DNA of 61,696 nucleotides, the filler included, from Porpidia crustulata (taxonomy: Eukaryota): NCBI GenBank assembly GCA_964255105.1. It is 4 parts of 4 records of this genome, joined end to end, with 100 filler letters (N's around TTAATTAATTAA, not from the genome) between each part and the next. Parts side by side here need not be neighbours in the genome. Positions count along the whole stretch, not along the records: positions 1 to 15,365 come from CAXUWE010000317.1; positions 15,466 to 30,827 come from CAXUWE010000318.1; 2 more parts are not named here. One strand, given 5' to 3'. Position 1 is the stretch's first letter; each line of letters starts with the position of its first letter. A program made the position numbers and the translations under genes. The notes below the pieces were generated by a model. It was not told the DNA's origin. It worked only from the letters and a program-made list of their open reading frames with translations, and ran no database searches. Shown here piece by piece: positions 10,667-21,983 of the stretch.

Positions 10667-13600
10667 ATGGCTACGGTATCTCCCACACGGCCTTCTCGAA
10701 GGGCAGCGATTCGGAAGAAGATCGTTCTTGTAGGCTCAGATGAGGAGGAGATGGGCGATGCTCCAATGGAAGGGGATGATAATGAGGAGTTTACGCCCGC
10801 TCCGCAGCGCAGTCCAAGGCGTCAGACCAGACGAAAGACCACTGATATACCTCCAACACCACGTACAACTACGCGCCGGCGGACAACACGGAAAACAGAA
10901 GAAGTCGAAGTATCCCAGATTTTTGATCCCGAATCCAGCATGCCTCCAGAGCCAGTGTCTCCGTCGAAGAAGGCTTCCCCGAGAAAACGAAAAAGCGCAG
11001 CTCCTGTCAAGAAAGGCTGCGTTCCTGTCGCAGTAGATCCTCCTCCATCATTTCCAACTCCAAACCCTTCAGCAACGCCTGAATTAACCCAGCTGCATGG
11101 CACTCCACTTGGGGACATCACGAATGCAGCTATCAATGGGCAGCTGGCACCAGTGAAGGTAGAGAAAGGCTTTGCTCCGGCGAAACTCTCCGATACAATA
11201 CTTGAGAAACCGATGGACATTGTTGTGAGATCAAGAGCCTTGGCAGTACCTACTGTTCCGGAAAACACAGGCCCCAAGGCAAGAACAGTTATCAAGTACC
11301 TCATTCTGACAAATTTTAAGAGCTACGCTGGGCGGCAAGAAGTCGGGCCTTTTCACGCGTCATTCTCATCAGTGGTCGGTCCTAATGGCTCGGGAAAGTC
11401 AAACGTTATAGATTCCTTATTGTTTGTTTTTGGCTTTCGGGCAAGCAAAATGAGGCAAGGCAAGATATCCGCCCTCATACACAACTCTGCAGGATTCCCG
11501 AATTTGGACTTTTGTGAGGTTGAAGTCCATTTTGAAGAGGTTATGGATCTTGTAAGTAATACGATGCTACTGAGCTTATACCCAGACTAATTGCCATAGC
11601 CTAATGGTATGCAAGAAATCGTGCCGGATTCAACCCTAATTATTTCTCGAAAAGCCTTCAAAAATAACGCGAGCAAGTACTATATCAATAGCCATGAGTC
11701 CAACTTCACTACTGTTACTACATTATTGAAAGAACGAGGCGTTGATCTTGACCACAAAAGATTCCTAATCCTACAAGGTGAAGTGGAGTCTATCGCCCAA
11801 ATGAAGCCAAAGGCAGCCAACGAGCACGATGACGGTCTGCTAGAGTATCTTGAAGATATCATAGGAACTTCGAAATACAAGTCTCCCATTGAAGAATCAG
11901 CTACTGAGGTGGATACCTTGAACGAAGTCTGCACGGAGAAGAGCGCTCGTGTCCAGCACGTGGAAAAGGAGAAAACCGGCCTTGAAGATAAGAAAAACAA
12001 GGCTCTAGCTTTCATAAGGGATGAAAATGAACTAACAATGAAGCAATCAGCTTTGTATCAAGTCTACACTGATGAATGCGGTGACAATCTAAAGGTCACT
12101 GAGGAGGCTATAGGGCAAACTCAGGAGCAATTGAACATAGAGCTTATGAAGCACCGAGGAAACGAGGATGGTATTAAGAATCTAGAGAAAGAGGTTAAGC
12201 GTACATCGAAGGAATATGAGGTACTGCAAAAGGCCACTCAAGCCGTAATCAAAGAAATGGCGAAATTCGATAAGGAGAATGTCAAATTTGAAGAGAGAAA
12301 AAAGTTCCTGAAAGGCAAGCAAAACAAACTCGAGAAGGCACTGCAAACCAGCCGGCTTTCTGCCTCTGAATGTGATGGTCTGGTCGAGAAGTACTCGGAT
12401 GATATCGAGCGCAACACTCGTGAGATTGCTACTTTGGAGAAAGATTTACGCGCTGAAGAAAAGGAACTTACCAAAATTCGAGATTCTCTGAAGGGCAAGA
12501 CGCAGGCCTTTTCGGACCAAATAACTGCAAAGCAAAAAGCCTTGGAGCCATGGAATGCCAAGATCAATGAGAAGCAGTCGTCCATCGCAATAGCGCAGAG
12601 TGAGCTTGAGATTCTCAAAGAGCGGGCTTCCGCAGGACACACTGCTGCAGGAGAGATTCGGGAGAAGATCAAAATTATGGAGGTAAATCACCATGCGAAG
12701 GAGTCAGAATTGAACAATGTGAAGCATCGGAAGACGCAAATAGAAGAAGAAGCGCGTGAAATGCGGGCTGAACAAGCCAGATTGGTACAGAAAGAACCTG
12801 AGATGCGATCGCAGCTCTCTGTGGCCCGCCAGAAAGCCGACGAAGCAAAAGCCAGCTTTTCCAGTACCCAAACTCAAGGGAACGTGCTGAGTGGATTAAT
12901 GCGTTTAAAGGAATCGGGTCGAATCGAAGGTTTCCATGGGCGATTAGGGAATCTCGGGACTATTGATCACAAGTACGACGTGGCTATTTCAACCGCATGC
13001 CCTTCCTTAGAGAACCTTGTCGTTGACACTGTCGAACTTGGCCAGCAATGTATTGATTATCTACGGAAGAATAATCTAGGTCGCGCAAACATCATCCTCT
13101 TGGATCGTCTCGCTCGGAGAGATCTAAACCCAATAGATACTCCCGAACAAGTGCCACGCTTGTTTGATCTGATAAATGCAAAAGAAGAGTCATATCGACC
13201 TGCTTTCTTCAGCGTCCTACAGAACACTCTCGTTGCGAAAGATCTCGAACAGGCAAATCGTATTGCCTATGGTGCTCGAAGGTGGAGAGTAGTCACTCTT
13301 GATGGTCAATTGATTGACGTCTCCGGGACCATGAGTGGCGGAGGAACTCGTGTTGCCAGAGGTGGCATGTCTTCAAAACTGATTTCTGAGACTACAAAAG
13401 ATCAAGTATCAAAATTGGAGGTCGATCGGGATGGTTTAGAGCAAACATTCCAGGAGTTTCAGCAGCAGCTACGTGAGCTTGAAATAAACCTCAAGAAATT
13501 GGATGACCAGGTACCGGAACTGGAAACGGCAATACAAAAGACTGGTTTAGAGATCGAGAGTCTTGCCCGCAACATGGCCGACGCTCAACGAAGAATTGAA

Positions 13601-15128
13601 GAGCTGAATTCTGCACAGCAACCGTCCAAAACCGACAATGCTCGAACGGTGACTCTAGAAAAGCAGATTCTGCAACTCGAGACATCGGTTCAGAAATTGC
13701 ATACAGAGACAGTGGGTCTAGAAGACGAGATCAAAGAACTCCAGGACAAGATCATGGAGGTTGGCGGTGTTCGGCTCCGGGGCCAAAAAGCAAAGGTCGA
13801 CGGTCTAAAAGAGCAGATAGAGACTCTAACCGAAGAGATCTCAAACGCAGAAATTGCCAAGTCCAAAGCTGAGAAGCAGCAGACAAAGCACCAGAGAAAT
13901 TTCTCCGAGATAGAGCAGGAAATTGCAGCGGCAGCTGAGGATTTGGAGCAATTGACCAGCGAAGTCAGAGTTCGAGCAACGGACGCATCTGATTTCAAGC
14001 GCAAAGCAGAAGAAGCGCAAGAGGTGAGTACACGAGTAGCAGCGTTCTAATATAAAAACACTAATGTCACCACACTAGGCATTAGAAGCTAAACAAGAGG
14101 AATTGTCAGGCTTCAAGCAGGAGCTTGGTGCCAAGACTGCAGAACTTAACGAAACCCGGGGCGTTGAGATCGAGATGCGTAACAAACTCGAGGAGAATCA
14201 GAAAGTCCTTGCAGAAAATCAGAAACGACTCAAGTACTGGGACGACAAGCTAGGCAAACTCAACATCCAGACCATCAGCGACCTCGGCGAAGACCAACCC
14301 GCAGAAGACCTCCCGACTTACACCAAAGACGAACTCGCCGACATGGACAAAGCCTCCCTCAAAGGCGAAATCGCCATCCTGGAAGAGAAGACCCAGAACC
14401 TCAACGTCGACCTCGCCGTCCTCGCGGAATACCGCCGCCGCGCCGACGAACACACCGCCCGCACCGCCGACCTCCACGCTGCCGTCACCGCCCGCGATCT
14501 CGCCAAGAAGCGGTACGACGACCTGCGCAAGCTCCGCCTCGAGGGCTTCATGACCGGCTTCAGCCTCATCTCGCTGCGGCTGAAGGAAATGTACCAGATG
14601 ATCACCATGGGCGGCAACGCCGAGCTCGAGCTCGTCGATTCGCTCGATCCCTTCTCCGAGGGGATTTTGTTCTCGGTCATGCCGCCGAAGAAGAGTTGGA
14701 AGAATATCAGTAATTTGTCGGGCGGGGAGAAGACGTTGAGCAGCTTGGCGTTGGTGTTTGCGCTGCATCATTATAAGCCGACGCCGCTGTATGTGATGGA
14801 TGAGATTGATGCGGCGTTGGATTTTCGGAATGTGAGTTCTCTTTGTTTTCTCTTTTTTTTTTCCTTTCCAGGGAATTTATTTTCTGCTCAAGCTCCTCCT
14901 TCCGACTGCCAATTTTTCTCGTCATGTTCTCGGTTTCGCTCGTTCAATGAACCCTCACAGGATAGAAAGACCCACACTGACCGCCCCGCCCCGGCCCGCC
15001 AGGTCTCCATCGTGGCATCCTACATCAAAGAACGGACGAAAAACGCCCAGTTCATCGTCATCTCGCTGCGCAACAACATGTTCGAGCTGGCGTCGCGGCT
15101 CGTCGGCGTGTACAAGGTTAATCACATG
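10667..15128 (+). CDS. SMC4: Condensin subunit SMC4 (Cut3); last exon missing at the contig end
   Basis: Walker A GPNGSGKS, HKRFLILQGEVE, hinge GFHGRLGNLG, signature LSGGEK and Walker B YVMDEID. Introns at about 11552-11599, 14024-14078 and 14832-15002, and a final donor at 15129. Confidence 0.97.
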
Positions 15129-15365
15129 GTGAGTTGTATTTTTTTCTTCTCTCTTGCTCTTGTGTTACCCTATTTTTAAAAAAGTCAAAATCATCGTGCT
15201 GGGATGGTTTATAAAGTGTTTTTTGGAAACAAGAAGTACATACGGCCATAGACAACAGAGAACTGGGCATCCCGTCCGCTCTGCCATACATAAGCTGTTG
15301 ATCGGGAGGTTAGTAGTTGGGTCGGTGACGACCAGCGAATCCCTTCTGCTGTATGTTTTTGTCTT

Positions 15366-15465
15366 NNNNNNNNNNNNNNNNNNNNNNNNNNNNNNNNNNN
15401 NNNNNNNNNTTAATTAATTAANNNNNNNNNNNNNNNNNNNNNNNNNNNNNNNNNNNNNNNNNNNN
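15366..15465. other. Artificial contig linker N44-TTAATTAATTAA-N44
   Basis: Exactly 100 bp with a six-frame stop cassette, identical at three places. Confidence 0.99.
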
Positions 15466-15471
15466 CATCCC

Positions 15472-18400
15472 TCACCGCCCCCTACGCCCCCCGACCCCTT
15501 CGCCCCATTGCACTCTCCCTTGACTGCTGGCCGGCGTGTCCGCGAACCGGATCCTGCCACCTCCCGCACTAGGCTCAGCGACTGGCCGATGTCCTCGGTC
15601 CGGCAATCTCTCTCCGCCATCATCGTCGCTGTCGCTGTCCGCTTTCCCTTCGTCTTCGCCAAGCGCGGCCAGCCGACGTCGTCGCTCCGCCTGCGTCTCG
15701 CCGGCTGCTTCGAGGGTGGAGGATTGGCGCTGCAGGCCTGAGGAGCTAGCCAAACCTGGGGATTGAGGATGGTGTGGGGGGACGCGCGGGGTACCGTCAT
15801 CGTCGGAGTCTTTGCGGGAGGAAGCCATACGTCTGCGGCGTTGGGCGGCGGTTTCGGAGCGGCCTTGGGAGTATTTGGATACGGAGTCGGGAACGGAGTG
15901 GACAGGGATATCCTGGTCATTTGAGTTGACAAGCGTAAGGCCACCAGCACCGGCACGACGATCTTCATGCGAGGCGACGCGTTCCAGTTGGGCGGTGACC
16001 TCGCCTTCGTTGGCTGGGTCCTCATGGGTTTGCGGGGAGGCTGGCCGTGGTTGGGGTGGAGGAGGGGAGCGATGGGATGTGCCATTGCGTTTGGCTACTG
16101 GACGAGGTCGTTCGGGTAGCCAGGACTCTTGTGCAGCGTCCTGGCGGACTTCCTCTTTGACAGCTTCGGGAATGTCGCTTTCTTGGACCACCTCGCAGCG
16201 GGCTTTTGGGTCTAGTTGCTGAATTTCACGAATGAAGTCTTGTCGACTCAGTCTTCGCCCCCCCGAACCGACTGTGAAGCGTATACGCTCATCGTCCTCA
16301 TCAATGACAGACTGCTTTCGCTTCTTCGCGGATTGCTTGCTTGACTGACCACTACTTTCGGACGTAGCGTTACCCTGAGGAACTACCTCTCCCTTGCCCA
16401 TCCCACTCCACGTAGTCATGCGCTTCAGTCCTTGTCGAACAGCTGTCCCATCGATATGACCAGGCCCGTTCTGCACACCACCACGACCGAATCGCGTCCT
16501 ATCCTGTCTCGGAATTTCATACTTCTTGAGGACTTCACCATCTTCGTCCTCGACAATGATTGTGTTCCCGAACTGGTAAGCGTGAGCAGGCCCTCGCTTA
16601 TGCTCCGGTGGCTTCGATCCAGAGGGACCTGCATCGTCTCTGTGCTTCCAGTGGCCTAATCTTTTCATCAGCTTCCGGCGGGCCTGCATTGGATGCTCCA
16701 AGCCGTGTGCAACAGCATGCTCAATATCTTCACCCTCGTTCTTGGTGTGAGGATGAAACTTTCCTTTAGCATGTTCGCCATCCGTCTCCTTCCTAAGCAT
16801 TTCTTCATCATGCAGAATGTGTTGCCTTTTCTGTTCCTCGGTCTCCCCACGAATATCATTGATGCTTAGAATGTTGCCCTCTTCATCCTCAATCACCATG
16901 TCATGTCCCTCCTCGTACACTTCGAGTTCGGGCTCTTCGCGATGTTTTGGATTCTGTCTCTCTTGCTGTTTGCGTTTATCTGCAGCCTCCTGTATTTCAA
17001 CCGCGTCTGGTGCATCGTCTTCACGACTATTGGACCTCGAGCTATTCTTTTCATTGAGTGTATCGGAGGTGCTGTCTTCAAGATTTGCGAAGTCTGGTCT
17101 TCGTTGAGGGTGAATTGCCGATTGACTGATTGGTCCACCGGGACCCATGCCCGAGTCCCATCTCCTTCGTTTTGGACGATCTGGAGATCTTTCACCCGAC
17201 AGAGGCGTATCCTCCTCTTTTTGCCGGCGCAAGAAACTTCCAGGCAGACCGATAGGAGGCAGTGTACCTGGTGGATATTCTGGTAGTTTCTCAGTCGATG
17301 AGTCCATACTTCGATTATCGTCCTTCGACTTGGACATAGACCCTCTGGCCGTTGATTGGAGTCTGGGCAGTCTATTCATCCAAGAAGGACCGTCCTCATT
17401 GGCTTGAGTGTAGGACATCGTTAGTGTTAGGGTATTGATACGTTTTCCCAGGGTAAAGACAGCAATCGTAGATCCATGAACAAGAATCGAAGAAATAACC
17501 AAGAAGGTAGTCAGTGGCCACACAATCTGAACGATCATATAATTATGAGCACCGGGCTCTGGTAGCACCGCCAAAGGTGTCGTATTATCGCCTTCGAGCT
17601 CGGCCCTAAGTAGAATAGCTGCAAATATCGCGCCGACACCGATAGGACCGAAGTGACCTGCAAAAAGCGCTTCTCTCCAGGTTTTGATGTCGGGTATGAA
17701 AGGTTTGAGCGCCATCATGATTGGTATCCGCCGGAAGAAGATAACAAAAAGAGCAATAACGACCAGTTTCCATGGAACGAGGCCTATTTCTGGTGCATTG
17801 TATTGTCCCCATGGTATAATGGAACCTAGATAGACAAAGTATGCCAGATTGAGCAAAAGATCGATAACGTTCGAGACATGGGACTCCTCGGTCTTCTGAG
17901 TGAACCATCCATCATTACTGAATCCAACGCCAGCAGCAAACCCAACAAGTAAATCGTCGGTCCCAAGTAGAGATCCAGTCCCAGCACAGAAAAGGGCCAA
18001 AACAAAGTAAAATACTAAGAAACTCTCCCTGTCAATGAGTCCTTTACTGTCAGCCCATTTAATTGCATGGCGTCCCAAGTAACCTATTAAAACTCCGTAG
18101 ATTGCTCCGAAAATGCATTCATAGAGAATCGTGTTACAAAACCAATGGAACGCGACAGCATTTGCATCAGGCCGGTAGTGAATCAGGTAGTAGGAAAGAT
18201 AGATGAACGGAAAAGCCATGCCGTCGTTACACCCGGATTCGGCCGAAAGTAGATCACGCAGATGTTTCGGTACTCGCTTGGCAAACTTGCCCTTTCCAAC
18301 AACAGATGAAGCCAGTACGGGGTCGGTCGCTGTGACACAGGCAGCACAGGCAAGACTCTCGAGCCATGATAAGGGCTTGATCATCCACCAGATGAAGAGG

Positions 18401-18753
18401 CTAGTGATGAGCCATCCAAAAGTCATGACGGGGACAAGTAAAAAGACCACCGATCTCCAATGCCTCTCCATATAAGCCTTTGGCAGTTCAACGCCAACGG
18501 CGAAACACTGCACGACCAAGACAACCCGAGAGCACTCCAGTGTTATCTGGTCGGTATTGCCCCATGATCCAGGATCAAAAAGATTGGCAGCATGTGGGCC
18601 AAAGATGATTCCGACGATGGTAGCTATGGTGGCCTCGCCAATGTACAATTTCTCCTTGACGTAGAGGGAAACCAGCATGAAGAGGCTCGTGAAACCGCCA
18701 ATGATGAGATACGCCAGATGCGGCTTATTAATCGAAAGTTGATCCCACGCCAT
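15472..18753 (-). CDS. NHA1: Plasma-membrane Na+(K+)/H+ antiporter (CPA1 family)
   Basis: Intronless 1093-aa ORF. MAWDQLS start, ATDPVLASSVVG, LSAESGCNDG, GTDDLL and GHFGPIGV motifs, and a long hydrophilic tail. Confidence 0.95.
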   Translation of the reverse strand: MAWDQLSINKPHLAYLIIGGFTSLFMLVSLYVKEKLYIGEATIATIVGIIFGPHAANLFDPGSWGNTDQITLECSRVVLVVQCFAVGVELPKAYMERHWRSVVFLLVPVMTFGWLITSLFIWWMIKPLSWLESLACAACVTATDPVLASSVVGKGKFAKRVPKHLRDLLSAESGCNDGMAFPFIYLSYYLIHYRPDANAVAFHWFCNTILYECIFGAIYGVLIGYLGRHAIKWADSKGLIDRESFLVFYFVLALFCAGTGSLLGTDDLLVGFAAGVGFSNDGWFTQKTEESHVSNVIDLLLNLAYFVYLGSIIPWGQYNAPEIGLVPWKLVVIALFVIFFRRIPIMMALKPFIPDIKTWREALFAGHFGPIGVGAIFAAILLRAELEGDNTTPLAVLPEPGAHNYMIVQIVWPLTTFLVISSILVHGSTIAVFTLGKRINTLTLTMSYTQANEDGPSWMNRLPRLQSTARGSMSKSKDDNRSMDSSTEKLPEYPPGTLPPIGLPGSFLRRQKEEDTPLSGERSPDRPKRRRWDSGMGPGGPISQSAIHPQRRPDFANLEDSTSDTLNEKNSSRSNSREDDAPDAVEIQEAADKRKQQERQNPKHREEPELEVYEEGHDMVIEDEEGNILSINDIRGETEEQKRQHILHDEEMLRKETDGEHAKGKFHPHTKNEGEDIEHAVAHGLEHPMQARRKLMKRLGHWKHRDDAGPSGSKPPEHKRGPAHAYQFGNTIIVEDEDGEVLKKYEIPRQDRTRFGRGGVQNGPGHIDGTAVRQGLKRMTTWSGMGKGEVVPQGNATSESSGQSSKQSAKKRKQSVIDEDDERIRFTVGSGGRRLSRQDFIREIQQLDPKARCEVVQESDIPEAVKEEVRQDAAQESWLPERPRPVAKRNGTSHRSPPPPQPRPASPQTHEDPANEGEVTAQLERVASHEDRRAGAGGLTLVNSNDQDIPVHSVPDSVSKYSQGRSETAAQRRRRMASSRKDSDDDGTPRVPPHHPQSPGLASSSGLQRQSSTLEAAGETQAERRRRLAALGEDEGKADSDSDDDGGERLPDRGHRPVAEPSAGGGRIRFADTPASSQGRVQWGEGVGGRRGR

Positions 18754-19949
18754 TCCGAAGATTCAGGTACTACTCTCGTAGATGTGTCTTCTGAGTATAA
18801 TGATCTTTCCAAGTCTAGACTTCAGCGAAGTCGTGCGGCTTTTCACTCTTGTTCTCTTGTTACGCTTCTTCGAGGACCTATTCCCCAGTCGAGCGATTCC
18901 TCCGCCTGTACTTTGTGTGACACACGTCGAAGCATACAGTATCTGGTTGCGCCCAGTCGCCGCTCCCAAATTTTGGAAATTTTATAGATGTTGCGGTGAA
19001 GGTTGCACAGATCTCACGAGAGCGAAGCGATGGCTGAAACCACACGCGGTTTGCAATGGATTACTTCTTCGACAAAGCCGGCTGGCTACCTGTGTAAATG
19101 CAAAAGAGCATCAATGATTCGGGGAAATAGGTGGAATTGCCGGCGTATATTGTTGCGAGGTTTAGGATTATTCCGCTCGATCCTTTGTGCTGCCAATGCT
19201 GACCGTATTTCTACACCTATATATCTCTATCTTCACACCGCCACACAATTCCACTGCATTGAAGTGTCTTGAATTGGCTGAGAACTGAGACTCTTGGGCA
19301 ATTGACCGGTCAAAGATCTAAGACTTTGGAGAAAACAAGAAGTTGGGGGAGCGAATTGGTTGAATTGATGGACTCGCACTAATGATATATTATTGATCCC
19401 TGCTATGTCATAATTCGGCTAAAGATTAAGGTTTGCATTTCGGTCCGATAAATCAACCCAATATGGACTAGTCAGTCAGAAGGCCACTTAGGGCTCAGCC
19501 CAATCAAGCCAACCACATGTTCATGCCCAGACCACTATCAAGACCTGGCGATTGGCCAATGCACTTGGCATTCCATAGCATTTCATCATGGATCACCCCC
19601 CAATCAGTGGCAGAAAGCAGGATAGCCGGGACTGCGTTGCGCACGAGTCATCTGCAGCTGAGCACAGGAGTAGCATGTATGGCGGATAGCAAGCGGATCA
19701 GGTATACTGATAGTGTAAAAGCGATAGGAGATATATACACCACACCATGTAGCTCGCGCTGTACATTGACAGATGAAATTGGGTATCCTTGCGCGTCTAA
19801 AACCCCAGTCTCTTAAGCCCCATCGGCCGTCCATTCATACTCATGCAAGTCTGTTCGATAACAAATCGAAGATTCCAGAGCCCCATGCTCGATATAGAGC
19901 AAACTCCTGCAACCATGCACCAGACTCCTATATCGCCGTACACACCGTA

Positions 19950-21983
19950 TTACAGTTTCCAGTTCTCGCTGATCTCTTCGAGCATCTCTTGGCATCCGTT
20001 AAGCCATCGACTTCCGAGCACTTGCCCAATCGCCCACCGGTCCTCGCTCTGCATTTGAAGGCAGCCGCAAACGATCTCGAGCACCTCCTCTTCCGTTCCT
20101 GCGGCACCTTGGGACTTCTGTAACGCATCGACGTTCCACTCCCCCGCGAGAATCATCATCTGCACCCGAGGTTGGAACATGTGCTGGAAGGGAAGGTCGC
20201 CGACTAGAAGGGCGTGCACCACGACGCCAAAGGCCCACATGTCCACCACCGGGCTCAGAAGGCCGGTTGGGCTCATGATGAGCTCGGGCGATGCGTACTG
20301 CAAGCTGCCCGCAATTGAGGTGCTTGTTTCAGACGGGCCGATGTTCCTCGTCGGAGGTCTGTCGGCAGCTCTTTCGTAAGGATCTGGTAGGTTTCTATTG
20401 TTTTCGGTGGTTGTGAACTCAGCTAGGCCGAAGTCGCAAAGAAGTAGGTTTCCTCCTTCGGTAGCGGCATTGGGACCTGATAAGTCGATCAAGCAATTCT
20501 CTAGCTTAATGTCCCGATGAACAATTCGCATGTCTTCATGTAGGTAACGGACCGCCGAAGCAAGCTGATAGGTATACCGTCGTGCAAGATCACGCCCCAA
20601 GCCTTGGCGGTTGATTTTGACTAAGTCAAAGAGGGTACCACCAGTGTTCAGCTTCGTGAAACAGAACGTCGCATAGTTTGTCACATAGACTGCAATCAGC
20701 GGAAGAATATGTCGATGGGCTAGACAACGCCAAAGGCCGATTTCGTGCTCAAACTCTGCTTGCAGCTGCTCATTCTCCATTTCGTCCTTGCCCAGAACTT
20801 GCCTACGTACAATCTTGACCGCTCGACAAACGCGTTCCTCGCCTTCGAGCGTATATGCTTCCCTGACGACACTAAAGCCCCCAAAGCCTACCTGCCTACC
20901 CAAAACGTAGTCCCCGACTTCCTGGCCCTCGTCATCCGGTTCAGGTGCTGCGTCTTCTGGAGCGAACTTCGAGAGAAAATTCATCGCCGGTGAGATTGAA
21001 GATGATGTCGACCGCCGGGAGCCGACCCGTGAGCCCTGGCGTTGGCCTTGACGCATGCTCATTTTCCTTTCCAAAGTGTAACTCCTTGACCTTGAAGCCG
21101 AAACTTGCCGCCTTGGCTTTGGCCATGCACTGGAATCCTGGAGCGATATAGGATGATGGAAGGGGGAGTAGGAAGACATGGGAGATACGAGGCAATCCAT
21201 GTTGTCAACTGGAGTATGGGCTTCAGACACTACTGGAGAAAGGGTTGATTCGGATGTCAGGGATGCGCCTTGCTCAGGGTCTGTTTGTCCGCTATCCTCT
21301 GCAAGGTTGTAGGTTACTGAATGATGTATCGGGTATCGAGCACGATTTTCCGAAGACTCTGCTCTTGCGTCGTTGTGTCCTTGCCCGCTGGAAGGTCGCA
21401 ACGGCTGGCCAGTAATGGAATCGAAGCTTGTTTTCGCTGCTTCGCTGTTAGCCCTGGCCAATGGCGATCTTGTCAAGTTTCTCGACAGCTCGTATAACAT
21501 TGGTTGTTTTCTGGGCCTTGTGTCAACCGAGAGCTTGGGCAGTGGCTCATCCAAGGCTCGACGGTGCCCAGAGTCTAAGGTCACCTCTGGACTAAATGTT
21601 ATCGATGTCCTTCGGTTGCGTAGAAAGCCCTCGAAGGGCGAGGGTTCGTTATATCGAGATTCCTGCATTGAAGCCTTATCAGGTAGATATTCTGAGCCCT
21701 CCACATTGGAGGGCGGCGGTACATCCATTGGCGGAGTAGACGCATGGTTCTCGTATTCTCCAATCTGCCTTATCTCCCTAGCTGCACCTGCATCCACTGA
21801 TGGTCCTGTATCAGGTAAATGGGTCTCGCTGAAGCTTGCCGTGCCGCTATCTTGTGTCCGCCTGATATTAATCTCGCCGTCATTATTGTCGCGGGTGAAG
21901 GAAGCACTGGCCGGAGACGTGGGGGCAAGTTCAGAGGTGACCGTCTTCGAATCTTGAAACTGTGCCTGTAGATCGTGGGCCAT
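19950..21983 (-). CDS. Ser/Thr protein kinase (CAMK-like, possibly Nnk1-related) with a long disordered N-terminus
   Basis: VGFGGFSVV, AVK, HRDIKLEN, DFG, GSLQYASPE and DMWAFG motifs. First ATG at 21983; the ORF track starts at a TTG. Confidence 0.9.
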   Translation of the reverse strand: MAHDLQAQFQDSKTVTSELAPTSPASASFTRDNNDGEINIRRTQDSGTASFSETHLPDTGPSVDAGAAREIRQIGEYENHASTPPMDVPPPSNVEGSEYLPDKASMQESRYNEPSPFEGFLRNRRTSITFSPEVTLDSGHRRALDEPLPKLSVDTRPRKQPMLYELSRNLTRSPLARANSEAAKTSFDSITGQPLRPSSGQGHNDARAESSENRARYPIHHSVTYNLAEDSGQTDPEQGASLTSESTLSPVVSEAHTPVDNMDCLVSPMSSYSPFHHPISLQDSSAWPKPRRQVSASRSRSYTLERKMSMRQGQRQGSRVGSRRSTSSSISPAMNFLSKFAPEDAAPEPDDEGQEVGDYVLGRQVGFGGFSVVREAYTLEGEERVCRAVKIVRRQVLGKDEMENEQLQAEFEHEIGLWRCLAHRHILPLIAVYVTNYATFCFTKLNTGGTLFDLVKINRQGLGRDLARRYTYQLASAVRYLHEDMRIVHRDIKLENCLIDLSGPNAATEGGNLLLCDFGLAEFTTTENNRNLPDPYERAADRPPTRNIGPSETSTSIAGSLQYASPELIMSPTGLLSPVVDMWAFGVVVHALLVGDLPFQHMFQPRVQMMILAGEWNVDALQKSQGAAGTEEEVLEIVCGCLQMQSEDRWAIGQVLGSRWLNGCQEMLEEISENWKL

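Noticed and set aside
15410..15421. TTAATTAATTAA palindrome recurring about every 15.4 kb
   Set aside because: Synthetic six-frame-stop spacer embedded in Ns, not biological periodicity.
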